Assembly: GCA_017461565.1 (NCBI GenBank)
Contig: JAFTXQ010000016.1
Span: forward strand, 40,178-104,177
Origin: Oscillospiraceae bacterium
GTDB taxonomy: Bacteria; Bacillota; Clostridia; Oscillospirales; Ruminococcaceae
Direction: 5' to 3'
Length of the DNA stretch: 64,000 bases
In this document: positions 19,076 to 25,588 of the stretch, piece by piece
Position numbering within the stretch: position 1 is the stretch's first letter
Layout: each line of letters begins with the position of its first letter
The notes under the pieces: generated by a model
Seen by the model: only the letters and a program-made list of their open reading frames with translations
What the model was told of the DNA's origin: nothing
The model's database searches: none
Made by a program: the position numbers and the translations under genes

Positions 19076-20272
19076 GTGGCTGAACTGCTATCAATAATCA
19101 TCCCCGTTTATAACGTGGAAGAATATCTGCCGCAATGCATTGAAAGTATACTGGCTCAGACTTATCGTGAGCTTGAGGTCATACTTGTAAATGACGGTTC
19201 TACCGATTCAAGTCCCGATATCTGTGACGCCTACGCCAAAAAGGACGGTAGGATCGTTGTGATACACAAGGAGAACGGCGGTCAGGACAGTGCAAGAAAA
19301 GCAGGAATAAGAGCGGCGCATGGCGAGTATATCGGTTATGTTGACAGTGATGACTGGATAGAGCCCGAGATGTACGAGCGTCTCATGACCTATGCATCGG
19401 AATACGGTGTTGATGTGGTGGAATCGGGAGTTATAGATTCCTGGGAGGACAAGCACAAGCAGCGCCGACCGTTTCTGCCCGAGGGCTGCTTTAAGGACAA
19501 GGATTTCCGTGAGAAGATCGCTCCGTACATAGTGTATTCAGGCGTTTTCTTCAAGCACGGCATATTTCCGTATTTATGGAATAAGATCTACAGAAAGCAG
19601 GCTATGATAGGCTATCAGCTTATGGACGAGCCTACAAACAACCTTGTGGACGATGTTATGTGCACTTTTCCGTGCGTGTACAATTCGGCTTCGTTGTACA
19701 TAACGCACGAATGTTTTTATCATTACCGTGTAAGAGGAAATTCTACAAAGAGAAATATCAGAAAGGATATCTATCCGCTGGTCAAAAAGTATCACAAGGA
19801 ATGGAAGAGCAGATTTTCCGCTTCTGCCGATAGCAATATTGAAAAGCAGGTGGATCATTTCCTGATGTATCTGCTGCTTGCGAAAGCGATCGGGGTATTC
19901 GATCAGAATGACAGGGATAATATCCTTAAGCCATTCGGTTCAATAAGCAAGGACAAGAGGCTGGTCTTATACGGAGCCGGAACCGTCGGCATACATCTGA
20001 AGAGCTACCTTGACAGCTGCGGTGCTGATACGGTACTTTGGGTCGATAAAAACTACGAGCAGCTCCAGAGTGCTTATGCGGTATCTGCGCCAAGCGAGAT
20101 GTGCAGCGTTGATTTTGATTGCGTGATATTAGCTATACTTAACGCCGATGCGGCAGAAAGTGCAAGAGCCGATCTGCTTTCTATGGGTATTGCTGATGAG
20201 AAGATAATGTGGATAGACAGAGAATATATCAATGATCCTACAGGGTCGCTGGAATTCATTTTGAATAGTTGA
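19076..20272 (+). CDS. family-2 glycosyltransferase with a C-terminal Rossmann-like extension
   Basis: The GT2 core is LSIIIPVYNVEEYL...ILVNDGSTD...YIGYVDSDDW. I prefer the GTG at 19076, after GGAGGTG. Confidence 0.85.
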   Translation: MAELLSIIIPVYNVEEYLPQCIESILAQTYRELEVILVNDGSTDSSPDICDAYAKKDGRIVVIHKENGGQDSARKAGIRAAHGEYIGYVDSDDWIEPEMYERLMTYASEYGVDVVESGVIDSWEDKHKQRRPFLPEGCFKDKDFREKIAPYIVYSGVFFKHGIFPYLWNKIYRKQAMIGYQLMDEPTNNLVDDVMCTFPCVYNSASLYITHECFYHYRVRGNSTKRNIRKDIYPLVKKYHKEWKSRFSASADSNIEKQVDHFLMYLLLAKAIGVFDQNDRDNILKPFGSISKDKRLVLYGAGTVGIHLKSYLDSCGADTVLWVDKNYEQLQSAYAVSAPSEMCSVDFDCVILAILNADAAESARADLLSMGIADEKIMWIDREYINDPTGSLEFILNS

Positions 20273-20290
20273 TTTTTAACGGAGGAAAAT

Positions 20291-21382
20291 ATGGATAATA
20301 AAGAACTTGTTTTATCATGGCTTGAGGATGAGGAGTCAAGGTTTATTTACAACAAACGGATAGAGTTTTTGTCTACAAAACCGAATTGTAAGCCTATTAA
20401 TGAGATTGTAGACAAATATTGTCCCGAATTTGTTAAAGGAAAGCATTTTTCTGAAAAAATGAATGAGTTTTTATCTAGAGTCAATGGGAAAAGTGTATAT
20501 GTATGGGGTGCAGGAATAAGGTATTCAAGGGTAGCGAAGATGGCGGAAGATGGCGCTTTCAGCATCGTCGGAGTTATTGATGTCAATGCGGATGACCTGA
20601 ATAGCAGTGGTAAGCTTGATATAACTGTATGTAAGCCCGAAGATGTAAATCTTCGTGAAGTGGATTGCCTTGTTGTTTCAATGATAAATGATCAGTGGAT
20701 AGAACAAGTATGCAGATATGCCAAAGAGAATGGAATGGATGATGAAGATATTATCATTCTTAACGATTATTATGATTGGCATGATTACCATTTGGTGAAC
20801 AAACAATATTTCGATGAAAAAGTAATTTTTGATGAGGGTGAAGTGTTCGTTGATGCGGGCGTTCTTGATCTTGCGACTTCTCTTCTTTTTGCTCAGAAGT
20901 GTAAAGAGCGAAACATATCCAAATTCAGTATGATCGCATTTGAGCCGGACAAAGAATGTTATATCAACTGCAAAGCGATTGCGGCGCAGCACCCTGAACT
21001 TGATATAGAACTGGTTAACAGTGGTCTATACAGCTCCAACACAACAATAGGTTTCAATTCTTTGGATAATGGTAGATCGACTATTTCTGAAGATGATGAT
21101 TCATCGACTTTTATAGATGTTGTTACGCTGGATTCGTATATAAATGATCGCAGAGTTACATATATAAAAATGGATATAGAGGGTGCGGAGCTTGAGGCGT
21201 TGAAGGGATGTGCTGAAACGATCAGAAAGCAGAAGCCCAAGCTTGCTATATCTATTTATCATAAACCTGAAGATCTCACGGAGATTCCTGTCTTTATCAA
21301 ATCACTGGTTCCTGAATATAAATTCTACATACGTCATTATTCTGATTCTATATCAGAAACAGTTCTTTATGCACTATTGTGA
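20291..21382 (+). CDS. FkbM-family SAM-dependent methyltransferase (copy 1)
   Basis: The FkbM C-terminal block is FVDAGVLDL...YIKMDIEGAELEALKGCAETIRKQKPKLAISIYH. An N-terminal Rossmann-like domain is present (VYVWGAGIRYSRVAK). Confidence 0.8.
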   Translation: MDNKELVLSWLEDEESRFIYNKRIEFLSTKPNCKPINEIVDKYCPEFVKGKHFSEKMNEFLSRVNGKSVYVWGAGIRYSRVAKMAEDGAFSIVGVIDVNADDLNSSGKLDITVCKPEDVNLREVDCLVVSMINDQWIEQVCRYAKENGMDDEDIIILNDYYDWHDYHLVNKQYFDEKVIFDEGEVFVDAGVLDLATSLLFAQKCKERNISKFSMIAFEPDKECYINCKAIAAQHPELDIELVNSGLYSSNTTIGFNSLDNGRSTISEDDDSSTFIDVVTLDSYINDRRVTYIKMDIEGAELEALKGCAETIRKQKPKLAISIYHKPEDLTEIPVFIKSLVPEYKFYIRHYSDSISETVLYALL

Positions 21383-21529
21383 TTCCTTCTGAATATACAT
21401 AAGTTGCACCATAGCCTGTTTTAAGAAACGCAATCAAATAATTACAAAATGCAAATTGACAATTTTATACAATTGATGAGCGTTCATGCTGAGACACAGA
21501 TTAACAATATAATATTTATGGAGGACTGT

Positions 21530-22615
21530 ATGAATAACGAAGAAAAAATTCTATCATGGCTTGAGGACGAAGAATCAAGGTTTATTTTTTGTAAACGTAT
21601 GGAATATTTATCTGTTAAACCGAATTTTAAGCCTATAAGAGAAATGGTTGATAGATGCTGTCCAGAGCTTTCACTTTTAGAGAACTATCCTGATAAAATG
21701 AAAGAGTTTTTATCTCTGGTGAGTGGAATGAATGTATATATATGGGGCGCCGGCGTAAGATGTGCCAAGATAGCTAAGATGGCTGAGACCGGAGATTTTA
21801 ATATCATCGGAACTATTGATATCAATGCGGAAAAGCTAAATAGCAGTGGTAATCTTGATGTTGTTTTATATGCGCCTGATGATGTGGATCTGACAACGGC
21901 GGATCGTCTCGTTGTTTCAATTGAAAATATGAGTGCTGTGGATTCTGTATGCATATATGCAAAAGAACATGGACTGAAGGATGAGGACATTATTATTTTT
22001 AATGATTATCATGAGTCTATGCATTTGTTAGATAAGCAGTATTTTGACGAGATAATAAAATTTGAAGAGGGCGAGGTGTTTGTTGACGCAGGCGTTCTCG
22101 ACCTGTCCACTACTCTTCGCTTTGCACAGAAGTGCAGGGAGCAGAATATATCGGATTTCAGGTCTATTGCCTTTGAGCCCGATAAGGAATCCTATAGCAA
22201 GTGCAAGGAGATCAGAGCGCAGCACGGCGATCTTGATATCGAGCTTGTCAACAGCGGTCTGTACAGTTCCAATACCACGATAGGTTTCAATTCGCTTGGA
22301 AATGGTAACTCGTCAATCATGGAAGAGGGTGGCTCAGCATCAAGTATAGATGTTGTGACACTTGATTCGTACATAGAGGATCGCAGAGTTACATATATAA
22401 AAATGGATATAGAGGGTGCGGAGCTTGAGGCGTTGAAGGGATGTGCCGAAACGATCAGAAAGCAAAAGCCCAAGCTTGCTATTTCCATTTACCACAAGCC
22501 TGAGGATATGACGGAGATACCACTCTTTATCAAATCATTGGTTCCCGAATATAAGTTCTATATAAGGCATTATTCCGATTCTCCGGCAGAAACGATTCTT
22601 TATGCGCTTCCCTAA
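21530..22615 (+). CDS. FkbM-family SAM-dependent methyltransferase (copy 2, tandem paralog)
   Basis: It has the same architecture as 20291..21382. The start at 21530 (MNNEEKILSWLEDEESRF) follows GGAGGA. Confidence 0.8.
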   Translation: MNNEEKILSWLEDEESRFIFCKRMEYLSVKPNFKPIREMVDRCCPELSLLENYPDKMKEFLSLVSGMNVYIWGAGVRCAKIAKMAETGDFNIIGTIDINAEKLNSSGNLDVVLYAPDDVDLTTADRLVVSIENMSAVDSVCIYAKEHGLKDEDIIIFNDYHESMHLLDKQYFDEIIKFEEGEVFVDAGVLDLSTTLRFAQKCREQNISDFRSIAFEPDKESYSKCKEIRAQHGDLDIELVNSGLYSSNTTIGFNSLGNGNSSIMEEGGSASSIDVVTLDSYIEDRRVTYIKMDIEGAELEALKGCAETIRKQKPKLAISIYHKPEDMTEIPLFIKSLVPEYKFYIRHYSDSPAETILYALP

Positions 22616-22630
22616 AAACGAATAAATAAA

Positions 22631-22672
22631 CCGCTCCATAAGTCATTGAAATGGCTTGTGGAGCGGTTTTTT
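22631..22672. terminator. intrinsic terminator (operon end), U-tracts on both strands
   Basis: CCGCTCCATAAG...CTTGTGGAGCGG is a 12-bp stem with one G-U pair. TTTTTTG follows on the + strand and TTTATTTATT on the - strand. Confidence 0.8.
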
Positions 22673-22832
22673 GTGTATCGTTTTCTTGTCTGACGGATTT
22701 CAGATGCATCACTCTTTGTCTTTTGTACAAGTATATATACATCGGGACAGATACACCAATAAATGAAAGCGTTGGAAAAAGATTATGGTATTGGCTTAAG
22801 AGCTTGTGGAAATGCTGTTTCACAGTTTGACA

Positions 22833-25058
22833 CTATGAAGAAAACTTTTTCTTTAAATAATCGAATGTGGCAGTCGGCACAAATTCGTGCAGTTTATCCC
22901 ACTGATTTTCTTTAAGCAGTCTGCGCACCTCGCTTGCCGAGATGACATCATTGCCATTGGTTTTTCTGCTGATCTCCCTGAATTCGATATCATACAACGG
23001 CAGTATTTTTTCCATCTCACGGTTATATTGATTGGTGACGTTATCCAGAGGCTCGCTTCCTGCAAAGCGGATCTTTATATTCGCAGCAGGTGCGATCTCT
23101 TTCGCAAACAAAGTTACATCGTTAGAAGTATCGATGACTCTGTCCTGCAGCTGAGATTTATTGAAATAACCCTCAAATGTCAGCGAGGAGATTATAAATT
23201 CTCCGCTCTCCACTACGATAACATTTTTCAGATCTTTTGTGCCTTGACGTACAAGCTCTATTCGATCTTTGAACGGGAAGAACGATCTGTCCTCCTGTAC
23301 AACAAAGATTACAAGATACTCGCATTCTTTTGCTGCTGTTTCTATCAGATATCTGTGACCTAATGTAAAGGGATTGCAATTCATTACAATAGCACCGACA
23401 TTTTCAGAGCGGTGCATATCGTTTTCCCAGATGTCGGATATTTTCTTTCTGTATGCGTTTAGTTTTTCAGACTGCTCAGGCGAGAGATTTATAAGTGCCG
23501 CTGTGTTTTGCTTTTCAGGCTGTGCGATATCGAGATAATCCTCGAAAAAGCTATGTTCCTCCAGTGATCTGAAGACGCCCTCGGCGATCATTTTATGTGC
23601 AGCCTCTGTAAGGTGGGTCACATCAAAGAACAGCTCTCCGTACTTATATGGATCGGTCACCAATTCATCGTTTTTGGCATGATATTTGCTACCCAGACCA
23701 ATAACTATATCGCCCGACTTCAATGGGAACGTGTTGAACAGGTTTATCATCTCTTCTTCGGCATTAAGGCCATCAAGGCACAGACCATAGTTTTCTACTA
23801 TGAATCCTTTGTCGGCTGCATACTTGTTCAACAGCATTTGCAACTGTGATGAATATGTGCCCTCGTCTCTTACACCCACGCCCATAATGTAGCAGGGACC
23901 CATTACATATATCGTTCTCTTAAAGCTTTTAGGTTGATCTACCGTTATTCTGTGACCGTTAACGATGTTAAAATATTTACCTTTATAATCCTCATAGTGT
24001 CTGGCTCCGTCTATTCCTATATATGCTTTTGACGGTGGATTAAGCACCTCGGGAATATCATTGACGTCGGGTATGTATTGCTGTATTGCGAGCGCAGCAC
24101 GGGGGTACTGGCACACAGTCGCAAAATTGATCTTATTTGTCAGGATAAATTCTTCGTTTTCCGTAACAGGTTTTTCAGGGAATATCGGAAGATCGATGCT
24201 CATAAACACGATCCCGGGATTCTGGTCGACTATATCCTTGATCCTTTTGCTGTAATCACGCCTGCAGGGTATACCGGGAGCATAAGTATCAAATATCGTA
24301 AAATCGACCATTTCCAGCGTTTCTTTATTATATACAAGAAATGCTATTCCTCTGGTGCTGTTCAGCTTATCCTTAAGCTTCCATACTGTCGTTCCGACAC
24401 CGTCGATGGATATAGTGGCTCCTGAATGTCGGTAATTGGCGTCGGTGCTTTCAAAGCCTATGCTCTTTACTGATACCTGCATATTGCCTATGATACGGTT
24501 TACTTCAAGCGACTTGCCACAGCGCAAATCTTCAGCAACAAGCTTGCCGTCATCGATTATCGCAACATAAGATGCTCTGAATTTGTCGTAGAGATTTATC
24601 CCGGTTCCTAAGCTACAGAGCTTTTGTGCGACTGCGTATGTGAAATCGGGGCTTCCTGAGGGAGTGTTGCTGGAAAAGATAATAATGCAATGATCTTTTG
24701 TAAACCAATTCAGCTTATCCAGATATTTAACAAAATCTTCTTCTCTGTTTAAAGAGTCTGGAATACAGTTGTCTGCATATATCTCTTCGAGGTAAGTTTC
24801 AATATTATTTCTGAACTCGTACAGATCTATCTCAGCATCTTCATTGCCCAATGCGTCATATATGCGCTTTAATTCACTTCTCAGGGTGAGACATTCTTCG
24901 GCAGGTGCAGAGAATTCAATGATATTTGTAATAAAGGCCCGAATATCTCCTACCAGCTGATCGATTATAGCGGTTTCGTTCTGTCTGACAAGAATATCAA
25001 ACGCTTCATTCAGGGTGTCCAGCAATTCACAAAGCTTATCATACATTTGTTTTTTCAT
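22833..25058 (-). CDS. large multidomain protein with an N-terminal helical domain, a central domain of unknown function, and a C-terminal citrate-lyase-ligase (CitC)-like / cytidylyltransferase-fold adenylylating domain
   Basis: The C-terminal ~200 aa read GAIVMNCNPFTLGHRYLIETAAKECEYLVIFVVQEDRSFFPFKDRIELV...ISASEVRRLL. This carries the (T/H)xGH and ISAS motifs of the CitC-type nucleotidyltransferase superfamily. Confidence 0.6.
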   Translation of the reverse strand: MKKQMYDKLCELLDTLNEAFDILVRQNETAIIDQLVGDIRAFITNIIEFSAPAEECLTLRSELKRIYDALGNEDAEIDLYEFRNNIETYLEEIYADNCIPDSLNREEDFVKYLDKLNWFTKDHCIIIFSSNTPSGSPDFTYAVAQKLCSLGTGINLYDKFRASYVAIIDDGKLVAEDLRCGKSLEVNRIIGNMQVSVKSIGFESTDANYRHSGATISIDGVGTTVWKLKDKLNSTRGIAFLVYNKETLEMVDFTIFDTYAPGIPCRRDYSKRIKDIVDQNPGIVFMSIDLPIFPEKPVTENEEFILTNKINFATVCQYPRAALAIQQYIPDVNDIPEVLNPPSKAYIGIDGARHYEDYKGKYFNIVNGHRITVDQPKSFKRTIYVMGPCYIMGVGVRDEGTYSSQLQMLLNKYAADKGFIVENYGLCLDGLNAEEEMINLFNTFPLKSGDIVIGLGSKYHAKNDELVTDPYKYGELFFDVTHLTEAAHKMIAEGVFRSLEEHSFFEDYLDIAQPEKQNTAALINLSPEQSEKLNAYRKKISDIWENDMHRSENVGAIVMNCNPFTLGHRYLIETAAKECEYLVIFVVQEDRSFFPFKDRIELVRQGTKDLKNVIVVESGEFIISSLTFEGYFNKSQLQDRVIDTSNDVTLFAKEIAPAANIKIRFAGSEPLDNVTNQYNREMEKILPLYDIEFREISRKTNGNDVISASEVRRLLKENQWDKLHEFVPTATFDYLKKKFSS

Positions 25059-25134
25059 AAGTTTCTCCTTATATTGAAAACGTGATAAGTGATACCTGAT
25101 AACATTTTACCATATTAGATATGGAATTGTCAAA

Positions 25135-25277
25135 TATGGGATGAATATTGAAGGTGCGGGCTTAGAGTGTTGAAGGGATGTGCCGAAACGATCAGAAATC
25201 AGAAGCCCAAGCTTGCTATTTCCATCTTTCACAAACCTGAAGACATGACGGAGATATCGACCTTTATCAAATCACTG
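25135..25277 (+). pseudogene. 3' fragment of an FkbM methyltransferase gene (third, truncated copy)
   Basis: It aligns with 22404..22545 and includes an identical run, TTGAAGGGATGTGCCGAAACGATCAGAAA. It encodes ..LKGCAETIRNQKPKLAISIFHKPEDMTEISTFIKSL, lacks the 5' ~85% of the gene, and breaks off before the normal C-terminus. Confidence 0.85.
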
Positions 25278-25278
25278 C

Positions 25279-25433
25279 ATCTTAATGTTGCCAAGATCAA
25301 CTCCTATATATCAGAAGCATCCTCTGAGCAGCCTGAGTACCTACCGAGGTGAATACTGCCAGTGTGCCGGCGGTCATTGAAAATACCGCAGCTATCCTTT
25401 TGATATTCTTTTGGTGAATGCTATCATACGCAT
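25279..25433 (-). pseudogene. 5' fragment of a CE4 deacetylase gene (frameshifted copy of the start of 7868..8869)
   Basis: The minus strand reads MRMIAFTKRISKG* and, after a 1-nt shift, KRIAAVFSMTAGTLAVFTSVGTQAAQRM... The intact gene reads MQMIAFTKKKVKRIAAVSSMAAAAVAVGALAVFTSVGTQAAQRM. The fragment is fused directly to the FkbM fragment. Confidence 0.85.
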
Positions 25434-25525
25434 TAAAAATCTTCGTTTGTGAAAATTACCTTTTGTTTGGGTAGGAATAAATGCTCATTTACGGACAAAT
25501 ATGACAGGTTTGCAGAATAGCTATG
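25279..25525. repeat. direct-repeat copy B (degenerate copy of 8700..8960)
   Basis: See copy A. It has the same orientation, with substitutions and short indels. Similarity is strongest in the coding 5' end and at GGACAAATATGACAGGT. Confidence 0.8.
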
Positions 25526-25531
25526 AGGTCT

Positions 25532-25580
25532 GCAAAACAATATATCCCCCTTACATGTTTTCGATGTAAAGGGGATATAT
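25532..25580 (-). terminator. intrinsic terminator after the CotH gene
   Basis: The minus-strand hairpin is ATATATCCCCTTTACATCGAAAACATGTAAGGGGGATATA, followed by TTGTTTTG. It starts 9 nt past the stop. Confidence 0.7.
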
Positions 25581-25588
25581 GCTTAATA

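Noticed and set aside
25167-25352. A 61-aa ORF that looks like a small methyltransferase-related gene.
   Set aside because: It reads from an FkbM 3' fragment straight across the junction into the antisense of a deacetylase fragment. It is a scar, not a gene.
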